A stretch of DNA of 64,000 bases from Antedon mediterranea (lineage: Eukaryota > Animalia > Echinodermata). The translations under genes were made by a program, and so were the position numbers. The notes below the pieces were generated by a model. That model saw only the letters and a program-made list of their open reading frames with translations. It made no database searches and was not told the DNA's origin. Shown piece after piece: positions 39,337-52,620 of this stretch. How positions within the stretch are numbered: the first letter of the stretch is position 1; the number at the start of each line of letters is the position of its first letter. The stretch covers positions 6,634,001 through 6,698,000 of the forward strand of contig NC_092672.1 in NCBI RefSeq assembly GCF_964355755.1, written 5' to 3'.

Positions 39337-42254
39337 GATTTTTTTTTTTTAAATCCATTGTATATAATGGACCTACGATTTGTAGTCTTTATTCGGGAAG
39401 ACGACCACCGGAGTGAGCCGAACAATTACCGATATAATGGCTACTGCTCGGCCACTCGACCAATAAAATAACATAGGCTACAATATAAATAACATACAAA
39501 TGAAAAATGATGTTGCTCAAATGAACCAGCTATAAAGAAGGAAGGCAACAGATTGTTGATATACGATTGGGTATTTGAATTATGGATTGATGGGATAATA
39601 AAATAAATCACAATACAGTGGAGCATGGAGTAAATACAAATTGAATGAGCTGCTGATATTAAAATCCTGCATATGTTACTATGAATATAGTCCTACAGTA
39701 ATTCCGAAATAAATTCAGTTACAGTAACGCTACAGAAATGTATAATATAATAGGTACAGAACTATTTAAAAAGCGTTTTTAGTCGCGACTCTACAGCTCA
39801 CTATGTCGGTCGGGTCAGTTGGTTGGTTTGTCGGTCGGTCTGTTGGTCGGTCGGTCGGTAAACACTAACTCAATTTTGTGCACGCGACTGCAACCATGTA
39901 TATGTGCTTGTTAAAGTTACCTTGCGTTAGGACGAGGATGAATATGCCAATAATAATGTTAGGCCTCGAATTTTACTCGAAACTACACGCGCGTACCCAA
40001 TGTACAGTACTGCAATAATAGATACACTTGCATTGTACTGGTAGGCTTTTGGTTTACATATTATTAAATATTACTAATAATAAAAATGTATACATTGGAT
40101 CATAATAAAATGTGTATTGCAAATGCTACGAGGTCATTTTTGTAATATGCCTAAATTACAATTTCATTAAGTTCTATCACATGCTCTCAAACTATAATCA
40201 ATCAAAATCAATCAATCAAAATCAATCAATCAATCCAAATCAATAGCTTACAAAATATCTGTTACATGTATGTTTACCTTATTACGATCTAATTATTATT
40301 TATTGATTTTTGTTTATCACATAAAATATATATTTTTAAATGCATTTTCTCATTGTTAGATGCTAATTTAAACAAATGAAAATGAAATACAATAACAACT
40401 GAGTTTGTAGTTTCGTGTACGATACTCGCTCTGTAAACAGAGGAACCGTATAACATCTCCTTTAGACACCAGGGACACCTATTAAGGGAATCCTTTCCTG
40501 AAATAATTGAAGAAAATATATCTTATCGCCAACCTCAATGAGACACCGTTTTGGGTCCTGCAGGTGTCCCCTAAATACGGGTTCTACTGAACTGTTTTCA
40601 GTATTGCTTGGTGTGATTAAACATATGTACAGTATAACTAATTTTAGCTAGATAGGTAGGTGTTTAGAGAAGGGAGTGCTGTGGAGGAGGAAGGTGGCTT
40701 TATGTGTGGTCTAACTTTCTTACTACTACAACATCTAACTGAGCATCAACCACAATATATATTTTATTCCAAATTTATATCCATGCCCTACATATCATCT
40801 GATAAGATTATGTCAATTAAGAATTGCCATTTACACAGATATAGGATTACGGTTGTAAAAATAAAACATTAAAACAATAGTTTCATTACGTAATCAAAAC
40901 TCAAGCAGCCATGGAGAATTTAACATTTTCCTGGAAAACGATTGAAAACACGTTGTAAATGTAGATATGTCGCATGACAGTATACAGTATTAATATGCAA
41001 CGGATAATAACATAAATGTAATACAAGAAGCGAAGAACAAATAGTAGCGATTTAACAACAATTCACCAAAAGCGGGAAAAAAAAGAAAAAAAAGTGATGA
41101 ATGTTGACAAATTGATACAAAGTAAACTCTATCACTAGATTATCCCAAAGAAGTAATGGATTAGTAATGGATTAGTTATCTAGACTAACGCTTATTACGA
41201 CTCGATACACGATTATACTGTTAGTTCTTGATTCCGTCAATGACATAAAACACACATTTTGACACTCACGTTGAAAATGGCGATGAAAACTAGTACGGGT
41301 TTTATAAGCGCGCTTCAACTTGTTTTCTGTTCGGTACGTGGCGACGATACAAAACACACATCGGCGACTGCCAACATTACATACACTTGCGAAACCACGA
41401 AACAGAAATGGAAAACGATCAGGAAACATGCATTTTGACACCATATTCAAATAATGGTAGGCCTACTACTGGTAATATTAAAGGTAGTAGAAGCGCAGGT
41501 GAACTTGTTTTCTTCTCGGTACGTGACGACGATTTCGAGTCGAGGTGCCGAGCGGTTTAGACAGGTGGCGTTGCAAACTACAGCCATACGGTTTTTGAAC
41601 AGTCAGATCTCGATTATTTTATTTTATTATTATTTTTATTATTTTAACATTTTGTAGGCCAGTATACACATCTTTCGGAAAGAGTAGGGGGTTACCTCGG
41701 TGTTCTTGTCCACTTGGTCCCCTACGTATCGGGTTCTATTGTCGACCCAATGAGATGAAAAGGAATTGTGACTTTAATGACGATGACGTAATGACGAAAT
41801 TATAGCCGACGATCACGAAGATTATACACAATATTGAAAAGCAAGAAACAAATGTAGTAATTGATCCTCAATTATTTATGTTTGGCATATTTAGTAGATT
41901 CATTATTATTATTATAACGAATCCGAAATTACTACAAAAAATGTGATTTCAACACCGTTTGTATCTGACACTTGCACCGTACCGTGTCTTATAACTAATT
42001 ACAAAATATGTCTCAAATCTTTAGAGCTTATTTGAGCTGTAAGATTGCTTCTAAGTAAACTGCTGAAGTTATATTGCCATTGAAGTGAATTTTAACTAAT
42101 GGAAAAATCTAGAGCTGCACAGTAATAGTATATGTAAATTAAAACTGTTAAAACTATTCCTGGAAAACATGCTGAAATATATACAATGAGTTCTAGATCA
42201 AGGATCGGTGAAAGAAATGTTGTTTTAACTTACCATGACCACCATCAAATGTCA

Positions 42255-42565
42255 CGGCTTTGTTCGAACGAGAACTCGTTCAAGGGGTGAGCATTGCACG
42301 GCTTTATTCAAACGAGAATGCGTTTGCGGTATAATGCACAACTTATTCGAACGAGAACGGGTCTGCGCTATAAAATACACGGCTTATTCGAACGAGAACG
42401 AGTTTGCAGTATAAAATGAACGGCTTATTCGAAGGGGAACGCGTTTGCGGTATATAATTATGCACGGCTTATTCGAACGAAAACGCGTTTGCAGTATAAA
42501 ATGCACGGCTTATTCGAACGATAACGCGTTTGCGAAATACAATACACGACTTATTTGAACGCGTT
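42255..42565. repeat. Degenerate minisatellite, unit of about 41 bp, 7-8 copies
   Basis: cacggcttattcgaacgagaacgcgtttgc(a/g)gtataaaat is repeated. Confidence 0.85.
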
Positions 42566-43494
42566 CTTTAGTCTAGATTACAAAGAGGAAGGTGGCGTTA
42601 AAATGTGATGAATCCCATATTGGGAGCTTCGCACTGGCTAATTTTAAAATACATACTCAGGGTGTACTATGCGTCTAAAACAATTACCAATTACATAAGA
42701 TCAATTAAATACAGTATATTAGTCTGAGAATAAAATTTATTCCCATAGAATACTGTGAACTTCGCGCTGGCAACCCGAGTAAGCTGTGCGACTCTCTATA
42801 AAAGTACATAAGGTATACACTAATGAAAACGGTACATTTTACAGTATGATGAAAAACCTAACATACTGTAATAAAGGCTGGAATATGACAAGTATAAAGA
42901 TTAAGAACATTTACAAGTAAACTTCTATAAAATCAGTGACGCAACAACTGAGGCATACACTAATGTCTGCTCTAATCTTACCGGTAAATCTACGGTTTGA
43001 AAAAACAGTGTGCAAATACATGCGTAATTCAATAATGACTTCATATTAATGTATACAGGCATTAATGTAAAATAATGTGTTATTTTCAGAGTTTTCCCAA
43101 GGCATTATAGCCTTAATGAATAGGGAATAACCTCACATGATTATAAAGTCGTCGACGTCATGGCGAATCTACATTTCAATACACTCACTTACTATCAATT
43201 TCTTTTGATTCACTAATGACCTAACAAGGAGGTAATAATTTGTATCTGAATGAGACTGAAATGTTTCAATGTATACACTGTTATCTTTTGACATTTTATT
43301 AGTATATTCTGTAAACATCACAATTATCCATGATCACCCGATTCTGCAGATGTCATTAGATAGACGCTAACTGACTATTGCAAGTCATCGCGAGTCGGCT
43401 TACTCGTTTTTAGGTGACTTGCGATAGTCAGTCAAAATTCATCTAGTAACAGCTACAGACTCGGGTACCATGATTGAAATATTTAAATTGAAAT

Positions 43495-43715
43495 ATTTTT
43501 ATTTATACTGGGCGACTTCTTCAATCAAAGACTGGTCTCCCAGGGGGCCCAGTTATGATCAGTGGCTGTGATTTACTAATAAACCGGGGTAACCCCTACT
43601 CGTCTCGAAAGATGTACTTAAGTTCTTTAAATTGCACACGAGCTAGATGTGTACACTGGACCTACGTTTTATAGCTCTTATCCGAGAAGACTCGTTCTAC
43701 CACCAGAACCATGGA
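43495..43715 (-). mobile_element. Deu-domain SINE (DeuSINE-like) fragment; another fragment on + near 41665-41713
   Basis: Minus strand ggataagagctataaaacgtaggtcc...ttaaagaacttaagtacatctttcgagacgagtaggggttaccccggt resembles the Deu-domain consensus as recalled (GGATGAGACGTAAAACCGAGGTCC...TTAAAGATCCC...TTTTCG..AGAGTAGGGG..ACCCCGGT). Confidence 0.7.
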
Positions 43716-46700
43716 GGTAGAACGAGTCTACTCGGCGTCAACTTTGCAAGTCGAAATGTGTTAAGTAATTGAGCAGTGCTGAATTGGCACGTGGATAATA
43801 TGATTCTTTATGATAATTTTTCGTATCATGCTAGACGACACATACAAAATCCAGGATCAATTAATGGTTTCTATATAAGGTGGCCACCTCATTCAGCCAA
43901 TCAATTAACCTTTCGGCAAACTTAGCTAGATTAACTATTAGACTGATGGTTCAAAGATCGCAATAGTCGCAAAAAATGAGCTTTTAAGAGCAGTAAGTGC
44001 GCCTTTAGCGACAGTTTAGCGCTTACATTTGCTTTGTTTGTGCCATCGACTAAATAAAAAGTCACATGCTACATATCCAAAATGGCATTTATCACTATCT
44101 TTTCTTAAGTTAAGAATTGCTTATATTTAAAAAGGCTGTATTTATCAAACCAGTTCTTATTACTTATGGACTATGTAATCTGTCTATCAAACAATAAAGT
44201 GACAAACAAAATATGATGTACCCATAATGGACACGATGACGTCATATCACTACTACATTTGGGCACATCACACTTTTTTTTGCCAAACTAGTTTGATAAA
44301 AGCTGAAAATTCAATATTGCATGTAAAAAAGCGTTGTTCCAAATCGATTAATTTTATATGAAGATATAAGTTGTATCATTTTAACTAATCAGTCTAGCCA
44401 TCGCTGGTGACAGCTAAATTACGTTGGTTGTGTCTACTCTGGTACCCGTCCTTGCATTTTGTTCTTAAGAGTTTAATGACAGTCTTACTATATATAACGT
44501 TTCAAGTAATTAGGATTTAAAGTATAGTTACTAATTTTATATTATATAACCTTGAATATGTGCGTATAAATATTGACATTGTATTGTTTGGAACGTTTAG
44601 TCTAGACAATATTCAATGTTGCTGGTTTAGTAGATAAAGCATCATTCTCCACAATATCATTAAAGTTAATGTCGATTAATTGTATATTAAAAAAAAACAC
44701 AATAACAAAACGAACAATGTTAAGAAATTAGGTCACTGACGTCTCGTTCTCTCGCATGTTGAATTTTTAACTTAGATAACACGGCCGCGTTTCCTATACA
44801 TTAATCAATATAACGATCTTATGACTTAGCTAGGACTTAAATTGTATACAATCTATTTACCTATAAATGCAATGAATCAATTGCTTTTTCATAATCCAGA
44901 TATAATGGTTGAGGCGAAATCAATCATATGGTTGAAAACACAAACTCGTCTACATACGAGTGAACGTATTATAGTTATTTTTCATTTATATTGACGCGTT
45001 TAAAAGTCATCACACGCATGTCGTCATTTTTTTCACCAAGATGACGCGTTAAAAACCCTAGATTAATATCATAATGTCAATTTTACAGTAAATTTTAATA
45101 ATAAATTGACGCGATTGTAAACGAGTTAACGCATTATATATAAATTTCACAACTGCAAGTATAGACAAATTTAAATTACCATATTAAAACTGTTGAAAAA
45201 ATGATATTATATTATAAATCTATCAAAAGAAAAAATTATCCTAATAATTTACGTTATTTGTGACGTTACTATACAAACTTTGTGAAATTAGGCTGCTGCT
45301 ATCCGATTATGTGATGTAGATGGTTACAGCAAGGCAATCCAACAACAGGGTGATGCCGCTCCGGAGATCAAAAACTTTATATGTGGCTGCGACAGTTACA
45401 CGCCCCTACAGATACTGCACACGAGGAGAATAATATGTACATAGTACAGTACTGTTGGTATTTTTCAAATCAAATCAAATATATCAAATAACTGTTACGA
45501 ATTCATCTTGGCAAGTCAAGCTCAGTGTCCTGTTGTTGTTAGATTGCCTTGGTTTTAGTAACATTTTTTCTCTACAGAGGCTACTAATAGAGTGAAGCTC
45601 AAAATCTCAATTTGGCAAACTTCCTTAGTTTCACATACCCTCCCTCATCATGTTTAGCCTCGTGATATATTTTACCAATCATTTGTTTAAAAAAATTACT
45701 ACAAATAAGTAATTAGAATGCTTAGCTCTTCTGAACTGATTTCATTAAAAAAAATAAAAGCTACGATAAAAATGTTTTATTTTTTATATAATTAACAGGA
45801 CACTTTCCCGTGAAACAGAACGAGGGCCAATATGGTGTAACACCACTACAAGTGTCTTCTAGGGATTATATGGTATATATTTTGACATTTACAATTACGT
45901 ATTCAAATGTAACCAATTACACCGTGATTAATTGCAGTATTGTTATAGCTATTTATAGTCGGAAATAACTAAAAGTCCTATAAAAAAATATTTTTATTAT
46001 ATAGCCCATATTAACAAGAACAAAATCCCAAATTTAATTATGTAGAAGGCCTTACCGAACACTAGAAAGTAAATGATACGTTGTGTGTTCATAAGCGTAA
46101 AGTTTCGGTTGTAGAAATAGATGGCGCAATAACTAATTTCCATACTTGCAATGCAACAGAGCTAGAAACGATAGAGGGCGTTAAGTTTCAAAACAATATT
46201 GATACTGATGCAATTAGCCAGTACGGTATGAAATTACCTTCCCTAATACTTTAACGTGAATTATGATACCTTTTATTGTTATACACAATTCATAAAACAC
46301 CGCTGAGAATAGTTTTTACAATCACTGTTTTTAATATGAAAATACCGAGAGTATTTTTTTATAGGAAATCGATAACAAACCGACAATAAATCATTAGAAA
46401 ATAATACATGAAATAGAAACATTTGCACACAGCAGCTGATCGAATAATAGAGGACGACAAACGAGTGAGATTTATCTGATATTCGATTTGTTTTAAATGT
46501 TCATAACAACACATATTTATCACCCACCTGACGAACGACGGAAGTACGTAGTACTTGTCCCTCTTTTCCAAGCGGCTTTTAAAATCCAAACAAAGTGCTT
46601 TTGTTTAATGCGTCTCCCGTTATAATGTATAATCCAAATGGCAAAGCAATGTTAAAAACACACACGCGAAAACATACATACTGAGGAATATATCTCAGAC

Positions 46701-47762
46701 AAACAATTTACGTCCCAGAATGTATGCAAATTAGTCTCCAAGCGGCATTTTTCACAGTACAAACTCGTTCGTGGATAATTGTAGTGCAAAATGATTTTGT
46801 CCTAGCGCCCCCTATGTGTTTGATTATCAGCCCGTATCCTACTGTACAGACAGTACAATTCAACTTCTCCTTATTTCACATTAAATGTCTATCATTTACT
46901 GTGTAGATATTCTTTGACTAGAATTAAAGTGATCGAATAACGAAAATTATGGCTACAGATTCAATTTGAACCATTATTACTTTATAGACTACATTTATGT
47001 ACTCTGACGACATACAATATTTAAACGTATGTTTAAAAGATGTATTGTCCTCCAAAAACATAAAAAATGAAGATTGATAAAAAGACTTTGAATAGGCAAT
47101 TTTTGCAGTTTTAATAAAGTTAATTACTTCCGTGGAAAAAACTAAAAAAAACCCCCAAAAATAAACGATTAAATTCAACCAAAAACCCATTGACTTCCAG
47201 TTAATTTAATTTTTTTTTTTGCTTTAAATGCAGTTTTGTTTACAATTTTTGGTCAAAGTTAATAATTGTTATGTGAGATTAAAATGGCACATTCAACAAA
47301 AACAGGAGAACAATATCTTTAAGTGAATGACAGAGAACATTTACTTAAATGTACGTAGCAGTTAAATACTTATATAGTAGAAATATAAGCAACAAACTTG
47401 ATTGAAATTGTAAAAAAACATCTTTGCTCGAAGAATGATAATAACAAGAACGCCAAATAAAAAAGGAGTGTAATATCGGTTTAGATTTATTTAGCAATGT
47501 ATATTGACATTGTTATATACATTAGTAAAAAAGGTTCATCTGGATCACTGTATAGTATATTAAATAGTAAAATTTTCTTTTGGATGATCCAAAGTCGAAT
47601 AAAATTCGTAAACTTACGTTTTTTACTCTAGCTTTCGCTGGTCAAACGACGCAGCTTAATCATGAGTGAGTCTCTGTATATACAATATTGCAGGGATCTT
47701 AGAGATAAAGGTTTATTTTCTTTAGCGGTAAGATACTTTTTAAAAAAGAAATATATCACAAA

Positions 47763-48572
47763 GGGCCTGTTTCTGCTGCAACTGCTCAAAATACGGTATA
47801 AAATACGGTATTTTTTATACCGTATTTTTTAGTACCCCGTTTCTGCTAACAATACTTCTTGGGTGGTCGTGTTAAATTTCATCTTTTTAACCCAAATTGC
47901 CATTCATTTATTTGATCGATAATTAAAAGTCGCAATAAAGGAAGTTTTACGTCTCACTTTCAACAGCCTAGCCCCTAGTGATAGAGATGTTGTGAGAGCA
48001 CAGAAAACATCGTAATGGGGACAATTAATTCGTTCCCTCCCCGAGTTATTGTATTTTGCAATGTTGTACTGCTTTCGCAGGCTCTTCAGCTTTGAGTTTA
48101 CTTGCTTTGGAGACAAGTCTATTCCATACTCCTGCTTTATTTTTTTAGAAATGTCTTTATAAATGTGGTTGTCCCTTTTATTACCTTTTAGTTGGCCAGA
48201 CATTTTAGCTTCCCCACACAAATTTATTTAGTAAAACTGTGACGTCTTCGCTCCACATTTTCGCCGAATATATATATACACGTGTGTAAAACAGCTGATA
48301 GCGACAGAAAATAAAAATACGAATGTTGACCTCTGTCATGTAAAAAAAAAATACGGTATTTTTTATTGGCAGCAGAAACGGGTACAGAAAATACGGTATA
48401 AATTTGTAAATACCGTATTTTATCCACAAATTTTGTGGGGAAAATACGGTATACAAAATACGGTATATTTTTTATGAGCGCAGTTTCTGCTGCCAAAAAT
48501 ATACCGTATATATACGGTATTCAAAAAATACCGTATAATATACGGTATTTAGTTGGCAGCAGAAACAGGGCC
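47763..48572 (-). mobile_element. Internally deleted PIF/Harbinger-type transposon retaining a frameshifted Myb/SANT-like (trihelix) ORF
   Basis: TIRs gggcctgtttctgctgcaact ... agttggcagcagaaacagggcc and many subterminal AATACGGTAT repeats. The minus-strand peptide MWSEDVTVLL..VW / ..LKGNKRDNHIYKDISKKIKQEYGIDLSPKQVNSKLKSLRKQY..NNSGRERINCPHYD spans a frameshift. Confidence 0.75.
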
Positions 48573-49535
48573 AAAGAAAATCATGAAAGTTTCATACAAT
48601 ACACACTGGAAAAGATGTGAAAAATTTAAACTGTTCACAGAGATTACTTATTTATATATATACAGATGAAAATATAAGAAAATAACAAAAAATGGAGAAC
48701 GTCACACATGATAAAAATGACTCCAAATATCATAGTTTTAATAATAAACCACTATTGCTGAAATTCAGATAAGATTAGTCAGGGATGGCGATCCCCCTGG
48801 GCCGAATTATTCACACATTACCATACACGTAGCATGATAGGCTACTTATCTATTCCCAGGAGCCTAACCACTGAACTATCATACTTGTTTTGCTATAAAC
48901 AACAACGTCTGTCTAATAACTGACGTAGATGACTATTAATTAGTAAATAATAACAACACGTGTAGTAGCTGAGAATGGTTTATACATGATAAAGATGATA
49001 AATCAAGGACAAATATCTAATTGTGATGTTTAAATTTTATCCATTTTAGAACAGTATAGCGCCCCCTGTAGTCAAGACGGCACATAAACTAATCAAGTCT
49101 TTTCACTTCTGAAATCTAAACTACGCATTACGTTCATTTCGGATGAGCACAAGACTTATAGAAAGTGTCTATGCAAGTATACCCATTTCCAGCACTAGTT
49201 TTCCAAAGTAAAACAAAAAACTAAAGTATCTTAAGCTATTGAATTTAAAACACAGCCATGTGAATCGACGACGGTGGACCCGACTTTGGACGACGACGTT
49301 CGGCGATAAATATCTGTAATTTATTAAATCTCTGAAGGAATAAAACCGGCATTTATAAGTTCTTCAGTAGGATTATTGTGCCGATCGCCGAAACTTTTAA
49401 TCATGCAATGTACTTCACTTTATATGGAACTCTAGTTGTCATACCTTCCAGGATTGTTGGTGCTCCTTTACGAATTTTAGAAATTTCTAAAATTGGAACA
49501 AATTCGGGTGATTGTTGCGTTTTCACTTGTGTGAC

Positions 49536-49549
49536 CACGTGTATATAAA
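49536..49549 (+). promoter_or_regulatory. E-box (CACGTG) abutting a TATA-like box (TATATAAA), about 65 bp upstream of the P2X exon B ATG
   Basis: gaccacgtgtatataaatcg, with a CpG-rich patch at about 49265-49390 upstream. Confidence 0.4.
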
Positions 49550-49611
49550 TCGTTGTATGTTATCTGTTGAGTGTTTTAACAGAAGATCTTTTTATAAAGG
49601 AAGCTATCATT

Positions 49612-49775
49612 ATGTCGTCATTTAAGAGATTCCACACTGCTGCCTCTATGTGGGGTAGAGCTACATTAGACTCGTTTTTGGAGTATGACACCCCTAAGAT
49701 GGTTCATATTAACAGCTGGAAGGCCGGTGCAACTAATAGACTTATACAGTTGTTGATTATCACATATGTAGTCGG
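49612..49775 (+). CDS. P2X purinoceptor first coding exon, copy B (N-terminus + TM1)
   Basis: MSSFKRFHTAASMWGRATLDSFLEYDTPKMVHINSWKAGATNRLIQLLIITYVV(G) has the canonical YxTPK. Donor GG|gtaagc, phase 2. Confidence 0.92.
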
Positions 49776-51089
49776 GTAAGCTATATAACATTAATTATTA
49801 ATGTAAACAAATACACTACGTGTCTTAACATACCGACACACGAACGAGTCATGTCAATGAATATGTAGGCCTATTCTTGAACGTTTTTGTTTATTTTGAT
49901 TATTGTGCAGAGCTAGGATAGACAATTAATTCTCAATGTACATATTGGTATATTTATGACGTCCATGTAACGTGGAGGAAGTGTAGCCTAATACCGTATG
50001 CCAACTCAAAACTATCGTTCAATATATAATTTCCACAACACATGCCAATGCATTTTAAGTACCCTTTTGTGGTCATTGTCTAACCCAGTTCCATAAACTT
50101 GTTTGTATATTAATATTAATACCATATTTTTAATTAAATCAAGAAATATAATAATGTACAATTACGACAGTACGTCTCTGATCTACAATGTCAACATTAT
50201 TATATATAAATTACATGGGTTATATTAATTAGGCATCAAAAGAACCCCAAAACACGAGCGTAACTAAGCATGCCTGCGCAGCATGATATCACTGTGGTCT
50301 TCCTACTGCCAATAAAAGTCTCCTTGGAATGCAATAAGGGTGGTAATAAGATAGAAATGTAGCAATGTTATTATGTATGTTATTTCCTATTAGACCTAAT
50401 TAATTAATTTATTAATTTCCGAAACTATTATATTAAACAGTGTGGTGTCATGGTGTCAATATTTAGGTATGTGCAATTATTTAAATAATAATTTTAGTTT
50501 AAATGTAGTGTATATTGCAATCACTTATTGTACAAGTTCTGAATAATTGATTTCTAAAACAAAAATTCAGATGAAAAAACAAATTCCAATCCACAATGAA
50601 CAAGAATATTAAATTAATTAAATAACTCCTGCAGATGTATAAATGTATATTTCCAAGATAATTAGAACAATCGTTTCAACGAAAACAGGTACCGTATAAT
50701 AATAAAAAATGATTATACGAATTCTAAAAATAGATTGATGAAATGTATAACATGTGGGCATTCGTTCTATTATTCGTAGCTTGATCAATATAAATTACTC
50801 TAATCTATCTGCTTAGATTTGCCATTGGAGTTATAGTTTTAAAATTCGCGATTATAATTCAATATTGTTATACATTATGTATAATTATATAATTAATGAA
50901 TTGTCTGTACCTTGTGTATGCATCATAGAATACAAATAATCACCGTAATTAGGTTTTATTTCTGTAAACAATACTTCGCGTTAAAGGGGTACTCCGGGTT
51001 TACATAATAAGTGGGGTTATCAATGTTGTTGCAAAGTTGTATATGTTAAAACAAACAATAGCAATTTTAAACCAGGTACTGTATAAGGA

Positions 51090-51440
51090 TGACCAGACTC
51101 ATCCGAATCATAATCCGAAACCGACGTTCGTGTAATGTGTTAACTCCGATAAAACTCCGATGTACGCTCAATAACTTCGACTAGTTTTCATAGGTTATTT
51201 TGTGACCATTTAAATAGTGTTCACACGGTAGTTAAACGTGTGTAGAACCGATGTAAGCTGATATGAACCATATACGAGTTACAACCGACGTTCTTGTAAT
51301 TCCGATAAAACTCCGATGTACGCCTAATAACTCCGACGGTTTTCAGAGCTTATTTTGTTACCATTATTAAGCAGTGTTCACAAGGTAGTTAAGCGTGCAT
51401 AGAACCGAGTTAAGCTGATTCGAATCATATCCGAGTTACA
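51090..51440. repeat. Degenerate tandem duplication, unit of about 165 bp
   Basis: ccgacgttc.tgtaat..tccgataaaactccgatgtacgc..aataact and tagaaccga..taagctgat each occur twice. Confidence 0.75.
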
Positions 51441-52307
51441 AACAAATTTTTGTGATCCGGTAAGCCTTTTATACCTCCGTTATTAATTTCGATGATTTTT
51501 AGAGAGTAATGTTATATCACATGTTTGAACGCAAGTTAAGTTGATTGATTGATTGTATTTAATCGTGACCGCCGTGAAAACATAGACTTAAATTGTAGTC
51601 AAAAATTAAATACATAATTCAATTTCTATTGATAGTTTTATGATAATTAGTCACTAAAACAGTAAAACCTTTTTAATAATACGTGTATTTTAACTGTAAA
51701 AGGTTTAATTGTGGAGCAATTAAAAAAAAAATTAATGAATAAAAATATTCAATGGAGATGCCGTACTACATCAATACCTATTGAAATGAAAATTTGTAAC
51801 TGTTTTCTCAATAATTATAATTTAAAACTGAGATTTTCAGTGACTGGAGATTTACGTTCACTTATTTTGTAATAAAAAGTTTTATTGGCAAAATGATTTC
51901 ACAGCAGATGCAAACGATTACATGTTTCAACCGAAGTGGAATTGTGCTTCTACCGATTTTTTTGTACTGAATCTCCTTATAGAATTATATGTCCACTATC
52001 ATAGGCAAAGTCTGTAATACAGTGTCACACATGTATTACATGTGACGCCTGTATTAAATTAAGTTTAAAGGTAGGTTAGACTTATATTAAGGTATCAGAT
52101 GCAATACATTATGAGATGCTGTCACCGAATTTGCCTTGTTAAAAAGCTGTATAAATTATACATACAACACCGAGAATGATTTCATAGATGTGAACAATTA
52201 ATATGTTTCAACCAGCGTGGAGATGTTGTGGTTGTAATGGTGTTTGATCAGATGATGTTTCAAATCCTGTCTGATAGGCCAATTATTGCCACGATCCGAC
52301 TGCCTGG

Positions 52308-52620
52308 GAAAGGGGACCTAAAGGAGGGGTATTCAAAGGGAGGGTGATAAAGGAGAGTCGAACCAGGGGGATTGGATACAAAGGGGAGGCCTAAAGGAGG
52401 GGTATTCAAAGGGAGGGTGATAAAAGGAGAGTCGAACCAGAGGGATTGGATACAAAGGGGAGGCCTAAAGGAGGGGTATTCAAAGGGAGGGTGATAAAAG
52501 GAGAGTCGAACCAGGGGGATTGGATACAAAGGGGAGGCCTAAAGGAGGGGTATTCAAAGGGAGGGTGATAAAAGGAGAGTCGAACCAGGGGGATTGGATA
52601 CAAAGGGAGGCCTAAAAGAG
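52308..52620. repeat. G-rich minisatellite, 74-bp unit, about 4 copies
   Basis: aaaggggaggcctaaaggaggggtattcaaagggagggtgataaaaggagagtcgaaccagggggattggatac. Confidence 0.92.

Noticed and set aside
41172-41657. Divergent short ORFs in a CpG-containing patch
   Set aside because: No recognisable domain or exon boundaries; probably repeat-derived.
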